Source of the DNA: an uncultured virus (IMG/VR IMGVR_UViG_3300032177_000007)
Lineage: Duplodnaviria > Heunggongvirae > Uroviricota > Caudoviricetes
DNA length: 64,000 nt
Virus record (IMG/VR): IMGVR_UViG_3300032177_000007
Strand: one strand, 5' to 3'
Positions within the stretch are counted from its first letter, which is position 1; each line of letters starts with the position of its first letter. The position numbers and the translations under genes are program-made. This document shows, in pieces, positions 28,042-36,441 of the stretch. The notes beneath the pieces are model-generated. The model had not been told where the DNA came from. It searched no databases and saw only the letters and a program-made list of their open reading frames with translations.

Positions 28042-29272
28042 GAGGTCTCATAAAACCGGGAAAGAGAAGTGAACCGTCCTTTGTAATCTGTTGAGCCCTT
28101 ACTTCAATAATCTTGGGAGGCTTAGACCAAAACTCAATTCTCTGTTGATCACTATATCCATAACCCACTCGAACTTGTACCCCTTGAAAATCAACTACTA
28201 GAGAACCCAACCTCCCTTCATTCTTACTACCCCTCTTTCCCTCTATCTTCCCAACGACAGGAAGATCAAAAGCCAGAGGGAAATCAGAATACTTCATTTC
28301 CTTAACCTTAACCCAACTATGAGATCGCTTTAACTCATACTCAACAAATGGATTCTTAATTATAATACCTTCATATCTCTTAGGTATTGCCTCCTCAAGG
28401 AGTCGTAGTACTTCTTCAACAAAGTTACTTTCTGAAGTTGGCTTGACTTCTATATGAGGTAAAACATACATTACATCCTGAGGTAATTTTATCTCCTCCT
28501 TAAGAAACTTCAAACGATAAAATAAACTTTCCTCTCCCAGAGAAGGACAATCAAAAACAGCAACCTTCACATCACACTGACGAGGATCGTCATAAGTTGA
28601 CTTCTCACTTTTTGCAACGGAAGCTAAGAAATCAAAGTCTTCCTTCCTGCCTAATTTATGAATGATTTCACCATCAAAAATTACACCCGAGGGAATCATA
28701 TACTTTCTAAACAACTGATTAAACATTAGGTAAGGCTTCCCTTTACGCGAAAGAAACTCAATACCATTATTTCCTTGATGAAACTTAACCCGAAAACCAT
28801 TCAGTTTATCAGATGCAAGAAAACAATCTTTGGATTGAAACTTAAGTATATCTTCTTTACAGAGTTGCACGTGCTCACTTGATTCAATATTGTATCCAGC
28901 TTCTCGAAGATTCTTAATTCCCATTCCTATACGCAATTCATGCCGTAAAACATCAAGAACGATCTTTCTACAGAATTCACAAGGACTTGCTATCACAGAC
29001 AAAATTTCTCTGTCTTTGTTGGAAGCTCCTTTACTCTGTGTGAGAGTATCTAATGCTTTAAATAAAGTTTCCCATTGACAATGATCAAAGGGAGAATTGA
29101 CTTGAGGTAGATCACGTATATGATACTGCCTATAAATATCAGTACCATAAACCAAAATGTTACATACTATAGGATTACTCTTAAGTTGTGAAAACAGAGC
29201 AATCTTTTGGTTGGTTCCTAAAGTCTTCGTAACCTCGAAAACCTTTAACAATTCTTGTCCACAGATCATCAA
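28001..29272 (-). CDS. ATP-dependent DNA ligase
   Basis: KLNGFR (motif I), FDGE, FD, EGIIIK, KRS..WVKVK, C-terminal OB fold. Confidence 0.92.
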   Translation of the reverse strand: MMICGQELLKVFEVTKTLGTNQKIALFSQLKSNPIVCNILVYGTDIYRQYHIRDLPQVNSPFDHCQWETLFKALDTLTQSKGASNKDREILSVIASPCEFCRKIVLDVLRHELRIGMGIKNLREAGYNIESSEHVQLCKEDILKFQSKDCFLASDKLNGFRVKFHQGNNGIEFLSRKGKPYLMFNQLFRKYMIPSGVIFDGEIIHKLGRKEDFDFLASVAKSEKSTYDDPRQCDVKVAVFDCPSLGEESLFYRLKFLKEEIKLPQDVMYVLPHIEVKPTSESNFVEEVLRLLEEAIPKRYEGIIIKNPFVEYELKRSHSWVKVKEMKYSDFPLAFDLPVVGKIEGKRGSKNEGRLGSLVVDFQGVQVRVGYGYSDQQRIEFWSKPPKIIEVRAQQITKDGSLLFPGFMRPRDDEKDTGDFQNV

Positions 29273-29985
29273 CGTACCCTTACTCTTTCAGGTGTGATTC
29301 TTCTCAAGAATTCCTTCACAGCACCATCAAATTCTTGAAAGCCAATCTCATCGGTTTCAAAATCAATGCGATCCTCTTTTCCTAATTTCCCTAAAACATA
29401 ACGGGCTGGCCATGAAGTGTCTATAGATACTACTGGTACATTCGATGCTAAAATCCCGGCAATTTCACTGGGCTCTACACAACCCAGAATATGAATATCT
29501 TTTTTCGAAATGTTGTATACATGACGAACTAACTGTAACCTGTGAGGAAACATATTTCGAGGAATTCCTACAATACTAAATCTATGACGAAACATTCGTA
29601 ACAATTTATGATAACACAACACCCACTCGCTCATAGTCTTACCTTGAGGAACAAGCATATACTTCGTCGTCTGAGGTAAATGTTCCTTAAAGAAAACTCC
29701 AGCCATACGAATTGTATCAGGATAGTTTAAATATACATCTGGAACAACCGCGACGTCAGGTTGTAACCCTTCAATGTAACCAACATACTCTCTAATATCA
29801 ATTGAGGCTCCCTGTTCATAACAACCATTGTCAAGATACAATTCCATACTTTCAGGACGACCTAAAACAAAGTCAGAATACTCAGAATGCTTTAACCAGA
29901 GAGCAATCGCAAACAAATAGTCACCAAACTTTGAAGACAACTCTAAACTCTTTAGTGGAGCCTCGAAAGCCAATTTCACATTCAT
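29269..29985 (-). CDS. TGT-fold DpdA-like base-exchange enzyme
   Basis: LYLDNG.YE, PDV, VPQG, IHILG, SIDTS: the TGT/DpdA TIM-barrel motif order; folE2/queD/queC are in the same genome. Confidence 0.72.
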   Translation of the reverse strand: MNVKLAFEAPLKSLELSSKFGDYLFAIALWLKHSEYSDFVLGRPESMELYLDNGCYEQGASIDIREYVGYIEGLQPDVAVVPDVYLNYPDTIRMAGVFFKEHLPQTTKYMLVPQGKTMSEWVLCYHKLLRMFRHRFSIVGIPRNMFPHRLQLVRHVYNISKKDIHILGCVEPSEIAGILASNVPVVSIDTSWPARYVLGKLGKEDRIDFETDEIGFQEFDGAVKEFLRRITPERVRVR

Positions 29986-29990
29986 TTTTG

Positions 29991-30290
29991 TTACCTCAAC
30001 ACTCGAATAGGTGTTACTGTACATAGATAAGGATTAGTGAACCAATGAACATAAACTTTCTGAAACGGATCGAATCCCTTAATAGGATGAATTTCACACC
30101 AAATCTTCTCGAACTCTTCAGGAGAGTCTGCTCCTTCCTCTCTCCAAAACTCTCATTGTACATGATCCAACGTAATATGATCAATCCTCGTGACTCCAGA
30201 AACAATAAACCGTTTAGTTCTAGAAGTACAACATTTGCGGCCTTGGTGTATCCTCTCCCAAGACCAAGTATTAAAAGGAATCTTTGGTAT
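29991..30290 (-). pseudogene. ASCH-domain-like gene with ATA at the start position and internal TGA
   Basis: IPKIPFNTWSWERIHQGRKCCTSRTK...DHVQ*EFWREEGADSPEEFEKIWCEIHP...VYVHWF; TGA at 30153-30155. Confidence 0.65.
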
Positions 30291-30550
30291 TAAGTTGTCT
30301 TTTTCGAATGACTGAGACAACGGAATTCTCCTCTTCTAATAGAACGATGAGCATAATGTTTACACTTAGGATGACCACATTTATATGGGATAATCCCTCC
30401 AGGATCATCCTTACTATCACGTAATACTGATCGCGGTATAATAATTTTACGATAACCAATTATATTACACCAAGAACACCTATAGCGACCTACCCAACCC
30501 TCAATTGGTTTCCAATCATGACCACATCTCATATCTTGTGTTTCGGACAT
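30290..30550 (-). CDS. Small Cys/His-rich protein
   Basis: C.H.W, CSWC, CGHPKC motifs. Confidence 0.55.
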   Translation of the reverse strand: MSETQDMRCGHDWKPIEGWVGRYRCSWCNIIGYRKIIIPRSVLRDSKDDPGGIIPYKCGHPKCKHYAHRSIRRGEFRCLSHSKKTT

Positions 30551-31362
30551 TGTAACACTTCTGCTCGTAGATCACCAGGATCCTTATCCTTCGGTAAATC
30601 TACTATAAATACATCCCTTCCAGTAATCATTCTCACCTTCATCGCATAAGTAATTTTCTTTCCCTCATCAACAGATCCATCCAAACAAATATTGAAACTT
30701 GCACAAACAAAGTTGGATAGAAAAGATAACTGTTCATCCGTAGGTGATTTACCAAAAGTGGCGATTGCTTTGAAAGGTATCGAACACAATACATCAAAGG
30801 GTCCTTCCATAAGGAACAATTCCTTCGCAGTTAAAGTACTTGGATGCCCATAAATCTTTTTTGGGAAAGCAGTATAATACCTCAGCACTTGATGATTGAT
30901 TAACCTAAATCCAATATCCTCATATGTTATCAAGGGAGTCACAACAGGAAAGGCAACAGCAAAACATCCAAAAATAAAAGCCCCTTGCAACCTGAATGAT
31001 CGAATGATATTATCAGCAATACCTCTACTTTTTAAATAAGCTTTAACTATAGAAGACTCAAAAGTTTCCTGTTCTAATGAAAACAAAGAGTACACAGCCT
31101 TTGTTTTCTCTTTCTTCAATTGAATTTGCTCAATCTGAAGAGTGTTTGGTATCACAGTAATACTCCCAAAGCCACCTCGAACACACCCCCTATAACACTG
31201 ATACCTTTTCTTCTTAATATTAACATATAATTTTCCATCAGTCATACCACAGTGAGGACAATTAAACCTATACTCATCAGCACGACCAGGTACAGGCACA
31301 CCATTCGCCCTTACAAAGTCGACATCAGGAGGAAAATCATATAGAGTTGTAAATCTACTCAC
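30529..31362 (-). CDS. DNA primase (Zn finger + TOPRIM)
   Basis: CPHC...CYRGC, YLKSRGI, EGPFD, LDG, KDPGD. Confidence 0.88.
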   Translation of the reverse strand: MSRFTTLYDFPPDVDFVRANGVPVPGRADEYRFNCPHCGMTDGKLYVNIKKKRYQCYRGCVRGGFGSITVIPNTLQIEQIQLKKEKTKAVYSLFSLEQETFESSIVKAYLKSRGIADNIIRSFRLQGAFIFGCFAVAFPVVTPLITYEDIGFRLINHQVLRYYTAFPKKIYGHPSTLTAKELFLMEGPFDVLCSIPFKAIATFGKSPTDEQLSFLSNFVCASFNICLDGSVDEGKKITYAMKVRMITGRDVFIVDLPKDKDPGDLRAEVLQCPKHKI

Positions 31363-31568
31363 TTTTTGAAAATGTCCTCTATCACATCAGGCACAGCCTT
31401 ACTCAAATGTGGTAAAACCTTTTTCAACTCTTCGATATTAGGGTGTGGTCGTACTACCCAACCCTTGCAGTAAGACATCCCACAATCACACTCTTCAGTA
31501 AATAAATTTCCATTCTTATCAACAACGCCAGCAATACCCGCGATACAAGACAGTGTAACTATTTTCAT
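31359..31568 (-). CDS. Small hypothetical protein
   Basis: ATGA-coupled; CDCG...C.GW. Confidence 0.55.
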   Translation of the reverse strand: MKIVTLSCIAGIAGVVDKNGNLFTEECDCGMSYCKGWVVRPHPNIEELKKVLPHLSKAVPDVIEDIFKK

Positions 31569-33088
31569 ATTGTCAACTTCCTTATATCATAAACACCTTT
31601 CTTAAAGTCTACGTTAAACGAAAACCAATCACCACAGATAACTTCTCGTGCTCTATTCAATAGTAAAGCACGTTCATGTTGAACATACCCCGTCTGCACA
31701 TGTTTGTGAACGATAGGATTCATTAACAAAACAACGACATAATCAGCACCCCAAACAGCAGCAAATGATTCAGCTACAAATTCATAAAAAGCTTCCTCAT
31801 CTATACCACTTCCCCCTTTTGAAATAGTTTTTGAATATAACTTGAATCCCCTCTTCAATTGGGCGTTTATCCAACTTGCACATCTAGTCTCAGAAGATAA
31901 TCTTCGAATCTCGTTAGCAAACCACCCTAAAAATTCATGGCGAGGTGTCTCTGGAGGCACCATAACTGCATTTAAGTAATCAACAATAATCAAACTATAA
32001 TGAACATCTGAAGTTTCAATCTCACGTTCAATATCTGATATCTTCAAACTGTTAGCAGGAAAGAAACGAATGTCAAGACGCCCCAATAATTGCTCTTCAC
32101 GAAACTTTTTTAGAATCTCCAAGGATTCATAAAAAGGGTCCTGAAGAAGATCCATTGCTTGTAACACAGGTAATGGACCATTAAAATCCTCAATGCGTTT
32201 CAAGAAAATATTTTTCCACTCTCTCAGAAGTAAATCTCCTGTGCCGTCAAGCTCAGCGTCTACCACTCTTTGAACTACATTCTTTGTAATTATGGTGGCC
32301 CCAGTCCTTACCAATGTCTGAGTAAAATTTCTGAACGAAGCAACAAAAAATGGGAACTGTAAATATAATGGATATGTTCGTTGAGCTATTGAATATTTAC
32401 TATTCTCTAACGTGAAGAATAGAACGTTGCGCCCAATCCTTGCATTATGTGCTGCTACACAAGAGGTGACCCAAGTTTTACCTTCTCCTTTACTTCCTAA
32501 TAAAATAGTATATGTCCCCTCTTCTAAGCCACCTCCCAAAGAGATATCTAAATCTCCACCTGTTACTGCTTTTACTCTGCCTCCTCCTCCTGGAGAACGT
32601 AATGACATTACATCCATAATTGGTGATAGAGACAACTTATTATCAACATCATCTTCCTCAGAGTATCTCCTCATTAATACTTCAAGATGAGCCAACTCAG
32701 CAAAAGCTGTTCGAAGTTTCTTCTCCATCTCAAGGGGAGCTGAATTCTCTTGAAACACCCTTTCAATTGTAATTGAAAGCTTACGAGTTGAAACAACTGT
32801 ATATGCAACTCGGAGTGCCTTTTCTGTCTCATAAAACTCATGAGTTAAATCCATTAACTGAACTACACTTTGTCTTGTATCAGGCTGCAATTCAGAAGGT
32901 AGATAAGGTTCTATTAATTCATTCCTCAAGAAAGAAAGCGACTCAGGTGCTTGATCCCATGCTCTCTTAATCGCTGAAGCTAACACAGCGACTCCCCCCT
33001 CACCGGGTATAGGCACACCTGACCTAACCACGAATTTATAAGCACGCTTATTCCTTAGGCATCTGATGATGTCAATGCTAGGAACCAT
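31565..33088 (-). CDS. DnaB-like replicative helicase
   Basis: G..GEGKT, FFTLE, IIVDYL, AQ, ADY; adjacent to primase. Confidence 0.88.
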   Translation of the reverse strand: MVPSIDIIRCLRNKRAYKFVVRSGVPIPGEGGVAVLASAIKRAWDQAPESLSFLRNELIEPYLPSELQPDTRQSVVQLMDLTHEFYETEKALRVAYTVVSTRKLSITIERVFQENSAPLEMEKKLRTAFAELAHLEVLMRRYSEEDDVDNKLSLSPIMDVMSLRSPGGGGRVKAVTGGDLDISLGGGLEEGTYTILLGSKGEGKTWVTSCVAAHNARIGRNVLFFTLENSKYSIAQRTYPLYLQFPFFVASFRNFTQTLVRTGATIITKNVVQRVVDAELDGTGDLLLREWKNIFLKRIEDFNGPLPVLQAMDLLQDPFYESLEILKKFREEQLLGRLDIRFFPANSLKISDIEREIETSDVHYSLIIVDYLNAVMVPPETPRHEFLGWFANEIRRLSSETRCASWINAQLKRGFKLYSKTISKGGSGIDEEAFYEFVAESFAAVWGADYVVVLLMNPIVHKHVQTGYVQHERALLLNRAREVICGDWFSFNVDFKKGVYDIRKLTI

Positions 33089-33398
33089 TATGTTTCATTT
33101 CATAAGCCTCAACCAAAATCGCACCGAAACTTCGTTTGAAAAAGTGATCTTCCTGATAATAGCTAACAAGCCATTCACGAACTGATTGAGCATCAGGATC
33201 CTTTAAATGAATAGAAGAGAACATATCATTAAAGTAACGATAAGCTACCTGCACAATCTTTTGGTAGTAACCATCATCCAAGGTGCCACCTGGAGTACGA
33301 TAAGCATTCAACCACCACTCAATAGGATGAATCAGGCCACAACCTATTCCTGAAGTAACAATATAATGAAACCAATGATAATATTCAGTGTCATCCAT
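33078..33398 (-). CDS. Hypothetical protein
   Basis: ORF in operon. Confidence 0.6.
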   Translation of the reverse strand: MDDTEYYHWFHYIVTSGIGCGLIHPIEWWLNAYRTPGGTLDDGYYQKIVQVAYRYFNDMFSSIHLKDPDAQSVREWLVSYYQEDHFFKRSFGAILVEAYEMKHNGS

Positions 33399-33402
33399 AA
33401 AC

Positions 33403-33957
33403 TTAATCCGTAGGAGCTAATCTACGTACCGAAGTGATTGAATGCATCCAAGAAGAGGCAAGCTCAATAGTTTCCTCAGACAATGAAATCTGATTCCATT
33501 CAACACCTGATTCCTTCAATGCTTTATTCCACAATGTGTCACGCTCTAAATTTTTGCTTTCATATACAGACTCGAAATACACACGCTTAATTCCTGCTGC
33601 AACCAAATCCTTTAGACAGGGATAACACGGGGCAAGAGTACAATAAACCTCAGATCCATCTACAGAAATTCCAAATCTAGCTGCTTGATTAAGTGCATTA
33701 GCTTCGGCATGAATTGCAGGACAGAAATTGTACTTATCAATATCAGGGATGCCAAGACTCCTACGATAACAATATCCGTAACCTTGATCAGTACAATGCC
33801 ATCGACCAGGAATTGGGCCATTATAACCTGTCGTTAAAATGCGTTTATTCTTAACTATAATCGCGCCATTAGGACGAGAGTTACAACCACTCCTAAGAGC
33901 AGCCACCTTTGCTAGCAGAAGGAAATATTCTTCCCACAAGATTCTTGGCATCTTCAT
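33403..33957 (-). CDS. dCMP deaminase
   Basis: W.EYF..LA...A.RS.C, TGYNG, HAEANA, PCYPC. Confidence 0.92.
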   Translation of the reverse strand: MKMPRILWEEYFLLLAKVAALRSGCNSRPNGAIIVKNKRILTTGYNGPIPGRWHCTDQGYGYCYRRSLGIPDIDKYNFCPAIHAEANALNQAARFGISVDGSEVYCTLAPCYPCLKDLVAAGIKRVYFESVYESKNLERDTLWNKALKESGVEWNQISLSEETIELASSWMHSITSVRRLAPTD

Positions 33958-34006
33958 CCTCGTGGAGGATCATCAATCAAGAAAATCTTCGACAACTCTC
34001 CATCTA

Positions 34007-34225
34007 TTACAACTCTCTGTACTTAACGGTCCTCGCATCCAAGTCTTTCTGAGCAGTCTCTCGTGAAATATAGTAATAGCTCTCTCTGCTATAGGGGCCA
34101 CAACAACACTGTGTACCAATATAATATCCTGCAGGAGAATAAAGCACCTCTTCTACTAATCTCTTACCACAATCTGGACACTTGTTAGGTGCACCTGTAT
34201 GAATCGTTTCCTTTGGTAAAGTCAT
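34007..34225 (-). CDS. Small Zn-finger-like phage protein
   Basis: CPDC, S.AGYYIG..C.CGPYSRES.YY. Confidence 0.6.
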   Translation of the reverse strand: MTLPKETIHTGAPNKCPDCGKRLVEEVLYSPAGYYIGTQCCCGPYSRESYYYISRETAQKDLDARTVKYREL

Positions 34226-34230
34226 AAAAC

Positions 34231-34417
34231 TTAACCTCTTTTAAGTTGACTTTTTCCCTCTTCAGTAAGACGAATTTTACCGTTCTTATCAACAGTTACC
34301 CATCCAGGTACTTTGATATCAGACCATAATTCTCCAAATGAAATTTTCTATTGATGCACCACCATTCGTATTTCGTACATATTCAAGAGCTCTCTTTTGA
34401 CTATTGTTTAAAATCAC
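34231..34417 (-). pseudogene. Frameshifted small winged-helix-like gene
   Basis: GTG(A) start MILNNSQKRALEYVRNTNGGASIENFI, +1 shift near 34336, then GELWSDIKVPGWVTVDKNGKIRLTEEGKSQL. Confidence 0.45.
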
Positions 34418-34608
34418 AACTCAGAAACCCCTCTTCTAATAAACTTACAAAAGTTACAAAAGAATTTTGGCGTTGTATTTCCTGTCCAGTACACTTTAGC
34501 TTTATGCCATTTACCACACCTAGGACACAAAGCATCAACCCATTTCTTGTTAGCTCCCAGAGCCGTATCTCTTATCGCATTATAATATTCCCTCGTCAGT
34601 CTTGCCAT
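34414..34608 (-). CDS. Small Zn-finger protein
   Basis: CPRCG.WH...FCNFC. Confidence 0.6.
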   Translation of the reverse strand: MARLTREYYNAIRDTALGANKKWVDALCPRCGKWHKAKVYWTGNTTPKFFCNFCKFIRRGVSEL

Positions 34609-35407
34609 GTTTCAAAGTCTCCCTATCTCTAAGCTTATCTAACCTACTGATAACGAATTCCTCAAATGCTTCTCCTGCTATATAAGTAGGAAAAGGAAAC
34701 TGCCCAGGAACTCTGTTAACCTGCCCATATAGACTAGCTATATTCCAAAAGGCTTCAGGAGAGAGGCCATACTTATAACATAATAGCGATGCCTTGTGAA
34801 ACGAATTTCTAGCAGAACTCAATTTGATTGTTGCCCGCTTAAACCTATATATAAAGTGAACCAGATACCCATTAAAAACTTCCTGAAGAAACCAATCATT
34901 AACAGAACTAGGGGTGATTAAAGGAAAATGATTTACCTGCTTATATAAACTATTGAACCTATAGCAATCTAAAGGACTTATTCCAGAAAACCATCTCTCT
35001 TCACTGGGATCACTATAGAAATCTAAGCATTCTTGTAAAGTCTTGAATTCATAATCTTCATTCTCTAAAATGAGTCGATACATTCTATAATGACACCAAG
35101 GAACAACGAAAACGAAATGCAGCAATTGATCCATTCCCTGATAAACAGGATATCGTTTACACATCTCCATTCTATTATCATAACAAGAGCATAAACCATC
35201 CTTCAGTTTATCACAACTATAAAATTCAACTGGAACATCTTTCGAAAGGTAAACTAGTTCATGTAAAGGCAAGAAAGGATTCTTCCCCAACGCTTGAAGA
35301 CCATTAATCTTCTTGAAGCATTGAGGAGCTCGAATACCCATATCTAAAGTGATAGCTCTACAACAAAAGCCACCACAAAGCTCACAGCTTTCAACAATAC
35401 AATTCAT
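34580..35407 (-). CDS. YkgJ-family cysteine-cluster domain fused to unknown C-terminal domain
   Basis: CELCGGFCC...CDKL.DGLCSCYDNR.EMC.RYP. Confidence 0.72.
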   Translation of the reverse strand: MNCIVESCELCGGFCCRAITLDMGIRAPQCFKKINGLQALGKNPFLPLHELVYLSKDVPVEFYSCDKLKDGLCSCYDNRMEMCKRYPVYQGMDQLLHFVFVVPWCHYRMYRLILENEDYEFKTLQECLDFYSDPSEERWFSGISPLDCYRFNSLYKQVNHFPLITPSSVNDWFLQEVFNGYLVHFIYRFKRATIKLSSARNSFHKASLLCYKYGLSPEAFWNIASLYGQVNRVPGQFPFPTYIAGEAFEEFVISRLDKLRDRETLKHGKTDEGIL

Positions 35408-35682
35408 TTCTTTTTCAATTCACATTGAATACATTTGACAGGACAGAAAAAGGTTTCCCATCCATTAGCCTCAGCAAACAGAAGGCATTTGTCATAAAAG
35501 GCACAATCAAGATATCTAAACGGAAGGAAATACCCTAGTGGGAGCCGCGACCTTGCCACAGTATAAGCTCCAGCTCCCTCGATGACTAACTCAAACTTAA
35601 ACTGTGATTGAATCTGTTCAATATTTGAGGGATCATAATCTATCAGGTCCCATGGGCTCCAAAAAATCTTTTTTTCATGCAC
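35404..35682 (-). CDS. Small Cys-rich protein
   Basis: DC.FYDKCL..A...GW..F.C...C..C. Confidence 0.55.
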   Translation of the reverse strand: MHEKKIFWSPWDLIDYDPSNIEQIQSQFKFELVIEGAGAYTVARSRLPLGYFLPFRYLDCAFYDKCLLFAEANGWETFFCPVKCIQCELKKK

Positions 35683-36169
35683 TTTTTATTTCTCCATTCT
35701 TATCAACAATGATTCTCATTACTCTATGTTGTTCAAACTCATTCGCAGCCATAGACAATGCACAACGTAATTCCGAAGGCGTAGAACTAGCATTGTCAAG
35801 TAATCGCAAGACTCCATCAACAATTGTTTTGAATTGTTGGTCCATATTATATCTCGTCTCTACAAGAACACATTGATCAAGTTCAGACGTATGATAATAT
35901 TTTATCTCATACTTGAGACGTGCTAGTATTGACGCTTTCTGTAAATCTTCAACAGTTGCACCATTTAATAATGTTGAATAAAACATTTGCACTAATGTAT
36001 AGAATACAGTATCATCTATTAAAGGACGATGCCCTTGTTGTGGTTCAGTACATTTAATGCAAGACATTGATTCTCTTTTACGCTTACGCAAACTCCCATA
36101 CAAAATACCCATAGCAAGCAGCAATACAACGTTAAAAATAAGAGAAACAACTAACAATATATTATTCAC
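35675..36169 (-). CDS. Membrane-anchored hypothetical protein
   Basis: N-terminal hydrophobic helix followed by RKRKR. Confidence 0.6.
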   Translation of the reverse strand: MNNILLVVSLIFNVVLLLAMGILYGSLRKRKRESMSCIKCTEPQQGHRPLIDDTVFYTLVQMFYSTLLNGATVEDLQKASILARLKYEIKYYHTSELDQCVLVETRYNMDQQFKTIVDGVLRLLDNASSTPSELRCALSMAANEFEQHRVMRIIVDKNGEIKSA

Positions 36170-36441
36170 TTGCGAACTCGATCTTCAAGTCGCTCATCAG
36201 AACACTGAGCCTTCAGAATCTTCTTCACAGTCGCAGTAGATTCACCAATCACACCAGAAACTTTTACAGCAAGCTTTAACAGATTCATCTCTTCTCTCCA
36301 CAGAGGAATAGACAAACACATGTTAGAGATATTGGCAATTATAGTATTTTTCAGTAGTTGACTGCTACAGAATTCGCTGAATCTCGTATCTGAAACATTA
36401 AATCCATCTCTTCTTTCAGAATAGAATAAAGGATTGGGCAT
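36166..36441 (-). CDS. Hypothetical protein
   Basis: GTGA overlap with the downstream gene. Confidence 0.4.
   Translation of the reverse strand: MPNPLFYSERRDGFNVSDTRFSEFCSSQLLKNTIIANISNMCLSIPLWREEMNLLKLAVKVSGVIGESTATVKKILKAQCSDERLEDRVRK

Noticed and set aside
30014..30205. 63-aa ORF called by the track
   Set aside because: An alternative frame gives a motif-bearing ASCH-like sequence that fills the gap exactly.
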